Part shown: positions 20,401 to 28,765 of the stretch, in pieces
Layout of the letters: the number at the start of each line of letters is the position of its first letter
Position numbering within the stretch: the first letter of the stretch is position 1
From: an uncultured Sulfurovum sp.
Lineage (GTDB): Bacteria > Campylobacterota > Campylobacteria > Campylobacterales > Sulfurovaceae
Assembly: GCA_964606545.1 (NCBI GenBank)
Contig: CAZSHP010000001.1
Coordinates: 3,148 to 67,147, forward strand
Direction: 5' to 3'
Length of the DNA: 64,000 nucleotides
Notes under the pieces: model-generated
The model's input: the letters and a program-made list of their open reading frames with translations, nothing else
The model's database searches: none
Told to the model about the DNA's origin: nothing
Program-made: the position numbers and the translations under genes

Positions 20401-21974
20401 TGATGAAAATAGTTATATAGATTAATTGAACGGTGAGATAGAACAGCCAATGCTGCATCATTACCCATAGAGCCAGTAGCCTCATAAGCATCATTTGCCA
20501 TTGGCGTAATAACTGTCTTTAAATCCTCTATAGTATAACCATAACATTTTTGTCTCTGCTTGACTGTCTCATGATTTGGTTGCCAAATCTCAATATTTAG
20601 TGGCAAATCATCTAGGTTTATCTTCTGCTTCTCTATCCACTCTTTGTATGGGTGAGCTGTTGCCATCTGCTCTTTTATCTCACTATCAGGGATTATTCTA
20701 CCCTGCTCCAAATCAGCCAAAAACATTTTACCAGGTTGCAGACGACCCTTCATTACTATATCTTCACTTGGAAACTCCAAAGCACCCTGCTCTGACCCCA
20801 TAATCAAGATATTATCTTTGGTTAGAGAGTATCGTGAAGGTCTAAGTCCATTTCTATCAAGTGTAGCACCAACAACTTTACCATCAGTAAATGCCACAGA
20901 TGCAGGCCCATCCCAAGGCTCCATAAATGTAGCATGGTACTCATAAAATGCCTGTCTCTCCTCACTCATCTCCTCATCTCTCCAAGCCTCTGGAATCATC
21001 ATAGTCATAACATGAGGAAGAGAGCGACCAGCGAGAGTGAGAAGCTCAATTACATTGTCAAGTACAGAGCTATCACTACCTTTTCTCTCATTAATCAAAA
21101 ATGGATAGATTTTATCAAGCTCATCATCTGTAAATAGCTTTGAACGGAGTAGAGACTGTCTAGCTCTCATCCAATTGATGTTACCCTTTAGAGTATTTAT
21201 CTCACCATTGTGAGCAATATATCTAAATGGTTGAGCTAGAGACCATGAGGGAAATGTATTGGTAGAGAATCTACTATGAACTAGAGCAATAGCTGACTCA
21301 TAATCCTCCTCCTCTAAATCAGGAAAATAGAGAGGTAGTTGCTCTGTAATTAACTGACCTTTGTATGAGATAGTCTTGCTAGACATAGATGGCATATAGA
21401 AATACCCTGTACCTCTAATTGGTGAAGCAGTTACTCTAGCCTGTGCATATTTTCGTATAACAAAAAGCTTTCTCTCGAATGTCTCAGTGTCAATATCATC
21501 AGCTTTTTTAATAAAAACCTGTTTTACAATTGGTTCTGTAGCTTTTACACTCTCTCCCAATGATTCATTAACTGTTGGTACTTTTCTCCAACCCAGACAC
21601 TCTTGACCAAGCTCTTCTATACACTGCTCTACTATACTTTGGGTCTCACTATATGCTGCTGGTTCTCGTGGAACAAATACAACTCCAACGCCATATGAGC
21701 CAAACTCTGGCAAATCTATATTGCTACTTTTCTTCACAACTCTTCGCAAGAACTTGTCAGGCATCTGTGTCAAGATACCTGCACCATCACCAGAATTCTT
21801 CTCGGCTCCCACAGCCCCTCTATGTTCTAAGTTTGCTAAAAGCTCCAAACCTTTTGCTACAATATTGTGTGACTGCTCACCTTTGAGATGGGCTACAAAT
21901 CCCACACCACAGGCATCGTGTTCAAACTCTGGGTCATATAGACCCTCTTTGCATGGATAGCATTTTAGTTTCAT
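17439..21974 (-). CDS. gltB: Glutamate synthase large subunit
   Basis: EHDACGVGF, HSRFSTNT, HNGEINT, QGAKPGEGGQLP, CIMMRKCHLNTCPVG, GXGXG C-terminal domain. Confidence 0.98.
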   Translation of the reverse strand: MKLKCYPCKEGLYDPEFEHDACGVGFVAHLKGEQSHNIVAKGLELLANLEHRGAVGAEKNSGDGAGILTQMPDKFLRRVVKKSSNIDLPEFGSYGVGVVFVPREPAAYSETQSIVEQCIEELGQECLGWRKVPTVNESLGESVKATEPIVKQVFIKKADDIDTETFERKLFVIRKYAQARVTASPIRGTGYFYMPSMSSKTISYKGQLITEQLPLYFPDLEEEDYESAIALVHSRFSTNTFPSWSLAQPFRYIAHNGEINTLKGNINWMRARQSLLRSKLFTDDELDKIYPFLINERKGSDSSVLDNVIELLTLAGRSLPHVMTMMIPEAWRDEEMSEERQAFYEYHATFMEPWDGPASVAFTDGKVVGATLDRNGLRPSRYSLTKDNILIMGSEQGALEFPSEDIVMKGRLQPGKMFLADLEQGRIIPDSEIKEQMATAHPYKEWIEKQKINLDDLPLNIEIWQPNHETVKQRQKCYGYTIEDLKTVITPMANDAYEATGSMGNDAALAVLSHRSINLYNYFHQLFAQVTNPPIDPIREESVMSLTSYIGSQGNLFQEVDEDRNFIKLKTPILDNEQMAKLKGISEFNFRAKCISILFDAEKKGDMRDAIERVKKEASNAVEEGYEVIILSTRGVDEKLAPIPTLLATSAVHQHLIKEGTRTSCGLVIESAEPREIHHFATLIGFGANAINPFLAFETIEDMRSRNLIREDLTQEEAVANYITAVGKGIFKIMSKMGISTIRSYTGAQIFEAVGLGDKLVEEYFTGTPSRIGGIEIDTLEQETLLCHELAYPKQIVESNGLGVGGQYAYRKKGESHLLSPENIFLLQQATKKDNYGIFKQYTKTVDSVNEDYITLRGLLDFRGQHPIDIDEVEPIENIMKRFATGAMSYGSISKEAHETLAIAMNSIGAKSNTGEGGEDFRRFGTNKNSKIKQVASGRFGVTANYLVNAEELQIKLAQGAKPGEGGQLPGHKVDEIIGATRHSTPGVGLISPPPHHDIYSIEDLKQLIHDLKNSNVNARINTKLVSEVGVGTIAAGVAKAYSDVILISGFDGGTGASPQTSIKHAGLPWELGLSETHQTLVKNGLRGRITLQTDGQLRSGRDVAIATLLGAEEWGVATSALIVEGCIMMRKCHLNTCPVGIATQDKELRGKYTGKPEHVVNFVKFLAMELREIMAELGFRTINEMVGRVDKLKAREGVTHWKAKHLHLEKLLYRMYVREEDSKYKTIEQDHGIDAALDNGLIETMRDAIDNKTPTKTEIRLRNINRTVGTMLSAEMTRKHGEDGLLEDTIYVKANGTGGQSFGAFVNSGITFELEGDANDYFGKGLCGGKLILYPPVNSTFNANETVILGNVAFYGATSGEAYIYGFAGERFCVRNSGVHVVVGAVGDHGCEYMTGGRVVILGEIGKNFAAGMSGGIAYVYDKDDEFSQRINRGMVDLDRIETEVDSNEVRTMIENYVKYTGSKEADAILNDWENSKEKFIKVMPRDYKRVLQTKEAKEERELELEGEEQ

Positions 21975-22077
21975 TTACTATATTCTCCTATTTATTTTTT
22001 TAAAAAAATGGTTATTTTTTGTTTAGCCATAATAGCGAAAAGAGATTATAATTTAATTAATCAAAAATATAATTTTC

Positions 22078-22119
22078 TTGACCTATATTAATGTTTTTGT
22101 AACTTATAATATATATAAT
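22078..22119 (+). promoter_or_regulatory. Crp/Fnr-family box and -10 element
   Basis: TTGAC-CTAT-ATTAA at 22078-22091; TATAAT at 22114-22119 puts the box centre at about -41.5. Confidence 0.6.
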
Positions 22120-22146
22120 GATGAAAAATAATAATTAGGAGAAAAA

Positions 22147-22488
22147 ATGTCCGATATAACAAAAACTGAACTAGAGGTGATGGGAGCAACAGTTCCTTTT
22201 TTCACATATAGAGTAGAAGAGACTCAATATTATGAGTTTGATACATCAAAATGTGGGCCACCAGACCCAATGGTAAATGCTATGGCAGGACTCAAACTGA
22301 TTGATGCGCCAAACAAAGTATTAGTAATGATAAATCACAAATTTCCTGGTGGACTTATCTCTAAAATTGGTGAAAACTATAGCCACTCAAAAGAGGAGTT
22401 GGCTGATGGTCGTGTCAAAATAGTATTCTCTTATAAGACAGGAGAGAGTGAAAAAGCTGACCTAACACAGAACAGCTGTCACGGGTAG
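22147..22488 (+). CDS. TusA/SirA-like (DUF2249-like) small protein
   Basis: FDTSKCGPPDPMVNAMAGL...LVMINHKFPGGL pattern; ends SCHG. Confidence 0.55.
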   Translation: MSDITKTELEVMGATVPFFTYRVEETQYYEFDTSKCGPPDPMVNAMAGLKLIDAPNKVLVMINHKFPGGLISKIGENYSHSKEELADGRVKIVFSYKTGESEKADLTQNSCHG

Positions 22489-22494
22489 CCGATA

Positions 22495-23733
22495 ATGTTT
22501 GCCATAACTAAGGATTTTGCACCACCACTAAAACTCGTCTCACCATACTTCAAGATAGGAGTAACATTTTATCTAATAGCAATGGTGAGCCTACTAGCTT
22601 TTTCGGCAACATTTAGCTATCAAGAGATGGCAATAGCAGGGTGGATTCACCTCTTTTTGCTCGGATTTGTAATGGTCATTATCTTTGGAGCAATGGCACA
22701 GCTTATTCCTGTGGTACTAGAGGTTGGTCATGCTGTAGTTGATTTATATTATGTTATTCTACCTCTACTTGGGATAGGTACTATTATAATGGTCATTGGA
22801 TTTTGGGTACAACCTGCCCTACTCTCTTATGGTGGACTACTTGTTCTAAGCTCTATGATTATATTTGCGATTGAAGCCTTTGCAACGCTTAAAAAAGCAG
22901 AGATTGATACTTTAACCGTCAAAACTGTAGCTATTAGTAATAGCTATCTTCTGCTTGGTATCATTACAGGGTTTGTAATAGCCTTGGGTCTAAGTGGTGC
23001 TATATCTGTAGATGTTGAAACCATGCTAAAAGCCCATGTATATGCTGTTCTTGGAGGGTTTGTCCTTCTGACAATTATGGGACTCTCATTGACTCTAATA
23101 CCTATGTTTTCACTAGCACATGGTTTTGATGAGACACCTATAAAACGAGGCTTCAATCTAGTCGCTATCGGAGTAGGTATAGTGTTTATTGGTGCATTGA
23201 TGAGCATGAGTATAATTCAATGGCTTGGATATATGACTACACTCGTAGGTGTAGGATTCTATATCTACCAGATATATCTCATATTTATACTAACAGTAAG
23301 AAAAGAGATGGATGTGTGGGCAAAATCGATGATATTTGGTTTTGGCTCACTACTTCTATCTATATTACTCGGGTTAATCTCTTTTTTATCAAATGAGAAT
23401 GAGTTTTGGTTACACACCTCTGTATGGTTCTTTATGTTAGGATTTATAGGATTTCTTATTAATGGGCATCTATATAAAATCGTACCTTTTTTAGTATGGT
23501 TTGAACGGTTCGCTCCACTAGTAGGAAAAGAGAAAGTACCAATGCTTCATGAGATGTATCCAAAAGAACAGGCAAATATGATGTTTTGGTATAGCTCTAT
23601 TGGTACAGTTTTGGGTGGTCTAGGATTGCTATTTAAGAGTGATTTCATGTTCAATGCAGGAGCTAGTCTACTATTGATAGGTGCTATATTTCTATATCTC
23701 TCTATGTCTAAGATGCTAGGATATGGTAAATAA
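22495..23733 (+). CDS. Polytopic membrane protein with conserved His residues (NnrS / heme-copper oxidase subunit I-like fold)
   Basis: About 12 TM segments; IHLFLLGFV..IFGAMAQLIPV, AHVYAVLGG..LIPMFSLAH, GHLYKIVPFLVW. Confidence 0.6.
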   Translation: MFAITKDFAPPLKLVSPYFKIGVTFYLIAMVSLLAFSATFSYQEMAIAGWIHLFLLGFVMVIIFGAMAQLIPVVLEVGHAVVDLYYVILPLLGIGTIIMVIGFWVQPALLSYGGLLVLSSMIIFAIEAFATLKKAEIDTLTVKTVAISNSYLLLGIITGFVIALGLSGAISVDVETMLKAHVYAVLGGFVLLTIMGLSLTLIPMFSLAHGFDETPIKRGFNLVAIGVGIVFIGALMSMSIIQWLGYMTTLVGVGFYIYQIYLIFILTVRKEMDVWAKSMIFGFGSLLLSILLGLISFLSNENEFWLHTSVWFFMLGFIGFLINGHLYKIVPFLVWFERFAPLVGKEKVPMLHEMYPKEQANMMFWYSSIGTVLGGLGLLFKSDFMFNAGASLLLIGAIFLYLSMSKMLGYGK

Positions 23734-23738
23734 AAAAT

Positions 23739-23812
23739 GTAGGGTGGTGCATTCATGCCCACCTAAAAGTTATTTAAATATTTAAATGGTGGGCTTAAAA
23801 GTACCACCCTAC
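23739..23812. repeat. GTAG-type REP doublet (REPIN-like), copy 1
   Basis: GTAGGGTGGTGCATTCATGCCCACC ... GGTGGGCTTAAAAGTACCACCCTAC inverted pair; second copy at 40057-40141. Confidence 0.8.
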
Positions 23813-23840
23813 AATCAATAAATAATTAGAAGGAGAAAAT

Positions 23841-24167
23841 ATGTGTGAAATAACAAAAGAGCAGGTCTTTGAAGCAACTGCTACAGTAATAGACCCTGAG
23901 GTAGGATTTAATCTATATGAGATGGGTTTAATCTATGACGCAATTATCGAAGATAGTTGCAATGTAAAAGTAGTAATGACCCTATCAACTCGTGGTTGTC
24001 CTCTTCATCAGATGATTAAAACATGGGTTCAAGAGGCTGTTGAAAAGATAGATGGTGTGGGTATTGTTGAAGTTGATGTAGTTTGGGAACCAGCTTGGAA
24101 TATCTCTATGGCAGATGACAATGTCAAAAATGCTCTAGGACAAGGAGCTGGTGGGATGATGTTTTAA
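23841..24167 (+). CDS. Metal-sulfur cluster assembly factor (DUF59/SufT/PaaD-like)
   Basis: VIDPEVGFNLYEMGLIY, MTLSTRGCPL, VVWEPAW. Confidence 0.9.
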   Translation: MCEITKEQVFEATATVIDPEVGFNLYEMGLIYDAIIEDSCNVKVVMTLSTRGCPLHQMIKTWVQEAVEKIDGVGIVEVDVVWEPAWNISMADDNVKNALGQGAGGMMF

Positions 24168-24183
24168 ACATCCCTCCCAAAAA

Positions 24184-25707
24184 TTAGTATCTATAGCTTA
24201 CAGAGAGTCTAATATCATCAGATTCAATATCAACATCTACAGGTTTTACCCAACCAGTACATCTAATATTTGGTGTATAGTCATGTTGTGCATGAGTATA
24301 TCTTATCTGTGCAGGTAGATTTTTTTCACCCATTAGATTAAAATTCCAATACGCTTCCATTGCACTACCACGAACAGCAAGTTTAGAGCCAATAGCCGTA
24401 TCTTCTGCCCAAGTCATTGGTGTCCAAAACTGCGTACCATAATTATACTCAATACCAAACTTACCATCATCTGTAATCATATCAGGAATAGTTGCACCTA
24501 CCCAATAAGAATAACCTCTCCTCTCCTTATCTGAACCGAGAAGTTGATGTCCACTATCAGGGTCATATAGACTTCGTGCTACAGAAGCAAAAAGAGTTGT
24601 ACTATCCAAGAAATCATTTATCTCTTCACCCACTCCATCAACTTGTAGAGAGAGAGCTGTTAAGTGTGCTGTACCTGCATCTAATGATAAATTTTTCGCA
24701 CCATTTGGAAGTTTTGCACCAACTTTAGTACCTGTTCTAGCTCCTTTGGTATCAAAAATCATAGCATGTTGACCCATTAAATTATATTGACCATCATTAT
24801 ATAGAGAAGCAACTGTTACAAAAAAATCAACATTCTCCTCTATATCTCCATCCTCATGAGCAAAAGGTTTATATCCAAAAGCATCATAAGCTGATTCAAT
24901 ACCACCTGCATGAGCTCTACCATAAACAAATTTAATAAATGAACCAGGAACATAATCACCAGTTTTGAGTTTTACCATTGCTGCATCTACTTCCATATTG
25001 GTAATATGTGCCAAAGGAGATGCAGGTTCTGGATTATTCTCTCTATGATTAGCCAAGAAACCATCACTAGCTTGTCGTCTACCTATACTAAAGGCATAAG
25101 GTTGGTTACTATCATTATAGACAAAATAGGCTCTTCTAACTCTAAATATAGTATCAGATGCTCTTGATGAACCAACCCAACTCTTCATAGGTCCATCATG
25201 AGTAAACAGATGTGCTCCCCAAATATAATAGGCAGCTAATTGCCCTTGAAAAGAGAGATTAGGAGTCGGTTTTGATTTCATATTGAGTAGAAGTCTACTT
25301 GTAAAGAGTGCATCATTTTTTGCTTCACTTCCTGACCAATTATTACCTTTGTATTTGTAATCGTTATATTTATAATTTATATTGTCAACAGAATTTCTAA
25401 AATCCATACCAAATTTAATATTATCAAAAGCATCATGTGCCTTTACCTCATTAAGCTTCTTATTTAACTTTTTAACTTTTTTAGTAAGTTTTTTGATTTT
25501 TTTTTCTAAATCAGCATTATCACTTGTACTCTTACTCTGTGTTGATTGTGCTACTTGTGTTCCTTGCATTCCCTCCAGTGCTGTAATTCTAGCCTTTAGA
25601 CTATCTAGTTCTGATAGAGTTGCATCACTCTGCTCAAATGAAGTAAACTCCCCGCCTGCCATACTTATAGTTAATATAACAACTGTGGATAATATAATTT
25701 TTTTCAT
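24184..25707 (-). CDS. DUF3373-like outer-membrane beta-barrel protein (paralog 1)
   Basis: Signal peptide, coiled coil, KAHDAFDNIKFGMDFR, SIGRRQASDG, AEDTAIGSKLAVRG, C-terminal YRY. Confidence 0.75.
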   Translation of the reverse strand: MKKIILSTVVILTISMAGGEFTSFEQSDATLSELDSLKARITALEGMQGTQVAQSTQSKSTSDNADLEKKIKKLTKKVKKLNKKLNEVKAHDAFDNIKFGMDFRNSVDNINYKYNDYKYKGNNWSGSEAKNDALFTSRLLLNMKSKPTPNLSFQGQLAAYYIWGAHLFTHDGPMKSWVGSSRASDTIFRVRRAYFVYNDSNQPYAFSIGRRQASDGFLANHRENNPEPASPLAHITNMEVDAAMVKLKTGDYVPGSFIKFVYGRAHAGGIESAYDAFGYKPFAHEDGDIEENVDFFVTVASLYNDGQYNLMGQHAMIFDTKGARTGTKVGAKLPNGAKNLSLDAGTAHLTALSLQVDGVGEEINDFLDSTTLFASVARSLYDPDSGHQLLGSDKERRGYSYWVGATIPDMITDDGKFGIEYNYGTQFWTPMTWAEDTAIGSKLAVRGSAMEAYWNFNLMGEKNLPAQIRYTHAQHDYTPNIRCTGWVKPVDVDIESDDIRLSVSYRY

Positions 25708-25970
25708 ATATGCTCCTAATTATCGATTGTAGATTTTGGCTCTATTGTAGCAGAGATAAGATTATATTTATATTAGTCTACCTTATTAATATAATAAGAT
25801 ATATTAATATTTGTTATTGTGTCTTTTTATTATAAATATTAATTATAATAAATATTGCTTTATAGAATATTTCTTTACTATAGTTATAAATTATTTTATT
25901 TTATATAAACATAAAGAAAAGAGAGAAGTTTTGAAGTTCCAAGAGATAGAACTCCAAAGTGGATTAAAGA

Positions 25971-27497
25971 TTAGAATCTATATCGTATATAAGCTCTAAT
26001 ATCTTGAGCCTCTTCAACAATCTGTCCAGACATAGATTGCATCATTGGGTCACCTGCAGCAGCACCTGCTTTGATGTCAGAAATCTTCATAGGATTACCA
26101 TCATCTCCAAAAAAGGCATTACTACCTGAATAGTCATAATTAATCTTTGTATATCTGATTTGGGCATCTAAACTTTTGGTCAATGGTTGAGTATAGTACG
26201 CCTCTATAGCATCACCACGAACTGCCAATTTAGAACCTACCATAGTATCTTCTGCATAGGTAAAGCTTCTCCAGTATTGGCTACCATGATTATACTCAAC
26301 CCCAAATTTACCACCCAAAAAACTTACAGGAACTTGCGCTCCTACCCAATAAGAGTCTCCCCTCTCATCATCAGCCGAACCAAGCATTGTCTTACCTGTA
26401 TCTGGTTGAGTCTCACTAACAGCATAACTAGCAAAAAGTTTAGTCTCATATAGAAATTCTGCATCCATATCATCACTTAACCCATCAAGCATAACAGAGA
26501 TAACTCCACCAACTTGGTCACCTTTGCTTGATAGTCCAGGGATTAATCCATTAGCTCCCATATCCATACCTGGTAGATTAAATGCTTTAAATAGATTTGT
26601 TTTAACTTTTATCTGCCCATTGTCATATGGAACAAAAATAAATCCTGCCAATCTAATATCATCCATCTTGGTGCTACTATCCCCTGTATAGCTTGTATCA
26701 CTAGAGAATCTAGCCTGTGCATTAGTTCCCCCCTGTCCTGCACAGATTTTAAATGACATACCAGATACTCCTGTTAACTCTTCTAGTTTAAATAGAGCAG
26801 AACCACCATCAAACTCAACATCTATATTGTGTCCAAGTGGTGATTGAGGTCGGTCATCTTCTCTTAGATGAGAGAGAAAACCTGTAGTTGATGGTCTTCT
26901 CCCCAAACTAGCAGTCCAAGGAATACCTGTTCCTAAAAAGTCTTTGCCGAGGTATAACCAATAGGCTTGTCTTAATTTAATAGTATCATCTGTCAAAGAC
27001 TCATTGGTAATCCAATCAAACTGGTCATAGCCTCTACCTCGACCATTCCCCATATCTGCACCATAAGCTTTGTTATAACCTAGTTGACCTTTGAAAATAA
27101 CATTTGAGGCTGGACTATATGCCATATTTAACCAAAGTCTATTTGAAAATAGGTCATTGTTCTCTTTGGTTGTACCATCAGCCATTTTATACTCAATATT
27201 ATCAAGAGCTGTTCGTAAATCTACACTCCATTTTATATTGTCTTTTGAGTCATGTGCCTTGACAGCATTGATTTTTTTAGTCAATCTCTTTATTTTTTTT
27301 AGTAGTTTAGAATTCTCTTTATCACCTTTACTTTGAGAGGGTTGTTTTGAAGCCTCTTGTAGCACAGAAATATCTGCCTTTAGAGCCTCAATCTCTGCTC
27401 GCAAACTCTCATCATAACTACTATCCATATTCGCCAAATCACCACCTGCCATCAAGACAGTAGCTGTAACAATAGAAATACCTAATATCTTTTTCAC
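25971..27497 (-). CDS. DUF3373-like outer-membrane beta-barrel protein (paralog 2)
   Basis: Paralogous motifs KAHDSKDNIKWSVDLR, SLGRRPSTTG, AEDTMVGSKLAVRG; C-terminal YRF. Confidence 0.75.
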   Translation of the reverse strand: MKKILGISIVTATVLMAGGDLANMDSSYDESLRAEIEALKADISVLQEASKQPSQSKGDKENSKLLKKIKRLTKKINAVKAHDSKDNIKWSVDLRTALDNIEYKMADGTTKENNDLFSNRLWLNMAYSPASNVIFKGQLGYNKAYGADMGNGRGRGYDQFDWITNESLTDDTIKLRQAYWLYLGKDFLGTGIPWTASLGRRPSTTGFLSHLREDDRPQSPLGHNIDVEFDGGSALFKLEELTGVSGMSFKICAGQGGTNAQARFSSDTSYTGDSSTKMDDIRLAGFIFVPYDNGQIKVKTNLFKAFNLPGMDMGANGLIPGLSSKGDQVGGVISVMLDGLSDDMDAEFLYETKLFASYAVSETQPDTGKTMLGSADDERGDSYWVGAQVPVSFLGGKFGVEYNHGSQYWRSFTYAEDTMVGSKLAVRGDAIEAYYTQPLTKSLDAQIRYTKINYDYSGSNAFFGDDGNPMKISDIKAGAAAGDPMMQSMSGQIVEEAQDIRAYIRYRF

Positions 27498-27840
27498 TTT
27501 TTCTCCTTTAAACTTAAAAAGTTAAATAAAGTATAAACTATAATTATTGATTATCAACTTAAATCATAAGAAATATTTTTATATTTTATTATAATAAGAA
27601 ATAATGAAAATAAGATATATTTTATGTAAATAGAATTTATTAGCTTAATAATTCAAATTTAACCATTTTTTTTCGAAAATTATTAGTTAAGATTATAAAT
27701 AGTTGTGATAATTTCATTTTATTTTTATAGAGTTTATTTATGAAAAGAGAAAAAAAGTAACATATATTTTCCATAGAAAATATATAAGAGAGAAGATTAT
27801 CTGTTCTGCTCTCATTTAGAGAGCAACTACCTCGAGCTTT

Positions 27841-28155
27841 TTAGATATTTGGAACATTTCCAGAATCACTTGCATACTTATAGACAAAATCATAGATATG
27901 TGGTAGAATCTTTTCCCCTACTGTATTCCCCTTGCATATCTTTTTTATCTCACCACTCAATGCTCCTGCATCATAAATCTCTTCCCATTTATCTTGAGTA
28001 TGTTTACCTGCAAAGGCAGAACCTGATATACCACATTTCTTTTTTAGCATTTTAACATATAGCTCTTTGCCTTTTGTTACATCAGCCGATAGAGTGGTAC
28101 TTGAGAGAGTCATGCCTAAAAGGGCAAACATAATTAATTTTGTAATCTTTTTCAA
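27841..28155 (-). CDS. Exported cytochrome-c-like small protein lacking CxxCH (paralog A)
   Basis: Signal peptide; ADVTKGKELY; C-x11-H (CGISGSAFAGKH); KKIC; ends ASDSGNVPNI; TTG start with AAGGA RBS. Confidence 0.7.
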   Translation of the reverse strand: MKKITKLIMFALLGMTLSSTTLSADVTKGKELYVKMLKKKCGISGSAFAGKHTQDKWEEIYDAGALSGEIKKICKGNTVGEKILPHIYDFVYKYASDSGNVPNI

Positions 28156-28184
28156 TTCTTATCCTTTGCAACTGTTTGCAACAC

Positions 28185-28215
28185 ATTATAGTTTTAAATT
28201 GTGTAAATATTGTGA
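28185..28215 (-). promoter_or_regulatory. Promoter: TCAC-N7-ACAC repeat, 10 nt, TATAAT
   Basis: Minus strand TCACaatatttACAC-aatttaaaac-TATAAT. Confidence 0.6.
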
Positions 28216-28290
28216 ATAACAGTTTTATAAAAACAGAGAGCAACACTATTGTTAATAAATTTTAAAGAAGAGTAGTATAAGAGAGTAGTA

Positions 28291-28314
28291 TAGACTCCCA
28301 TAAATGGGAGTTTA
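28291..28314 (-). terminator. Hairpin downstream of paralog B
   Basis: TAGACTCCCAT-AA-ATGGGAGTTTA inverted repeat. Confidence 0.55.
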
Positions 28315-28341
28315 AAGGTTTGTTATAGCTTGTAAGACGAC

Positions 28342-28662
28342 TTAACAGCTAGGAACATTTCCTGAATCACTCGCAAACTCTTTTGAGAAGTCATAGATAA
28401 AAGGGATAAATTTCTCTTTGATAGATACACCTTCACCACAGATTTTAGCAATCTCTTCACCCATCTTCTTAGCTTCGTTAATCTCATCCCACTCATCTTG
28501 AGTATGCTTTGCAGCGAATTTTGCACCAGTCATCTTACAAGGAGCTTTAAGCTTTTTTTGATATAGTTTTTGACCTTTAGCTGCATCTCCTGCTGTTGCT
28601 GTTGTTGTCATTACTGCCATACCTAAAATCGCCGCTAGAGCTAGTTTTGAAAAATTTGTCAT
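28342..28662 (-). CDS. Exported cytochrome-c-like small protein lacking CxxCH (paralog B)
   Basis: Signal peptide; GDAAKGQKLY; CKMTGAKFAAKH; AKIC; ends ASDSGNVPSC. Confidence 0.75.
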   Translation of the reverse strand: MTNFSKLALAAILGMAVMTTTATAGDAAKGQKLYQKKLKAPCKMTGAKFAAKHTQDEWDEINEAKKMGEEIAKICGEGVSIKEKFIPFIYDFSKEFASDSGNVPSC

Positions 28663-28690
28663 TTAAATCCTTTATATTTTTGATAATCGC

Positions 28691-28721
28691 AGTATAAAAC
28701 ATTTTTGTGTAATTATTGTGA
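28691..28721 (-). promoter_or_regulatory. Promoter: TCAC-N7-ACAC repeat, 10 nt, TATACT
   Basis: Minus strand TCACaataattACAC-aaaaatgttt-TATACT. Confidence 0.6.
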
Positions 28722-28765
28722 TAAAAAAGCTATTTTTATCAAAAAAATGGATAATTATCATAAGG

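Noticed and set aside
25811-25999. Plus-strand 62-aa ORF between the DUF3373-like genes
   Set aside because: AT-rich intergenic sequence with a TTG start, no RBS and no coding signature
27540-27560. Fur-box-like TGATAATCAATAAT upstream of the DUF3373-like gene
   Set aside because: The region is extremely AT-rich and the match is partial, so it is not distinguishable from chance by eye
27841-28662. Annotating the two small proteins as ordinary c-type cytochromes
   Set aside because: Neither contains CxxCH, so heme binding cannot be asserted from the sequence
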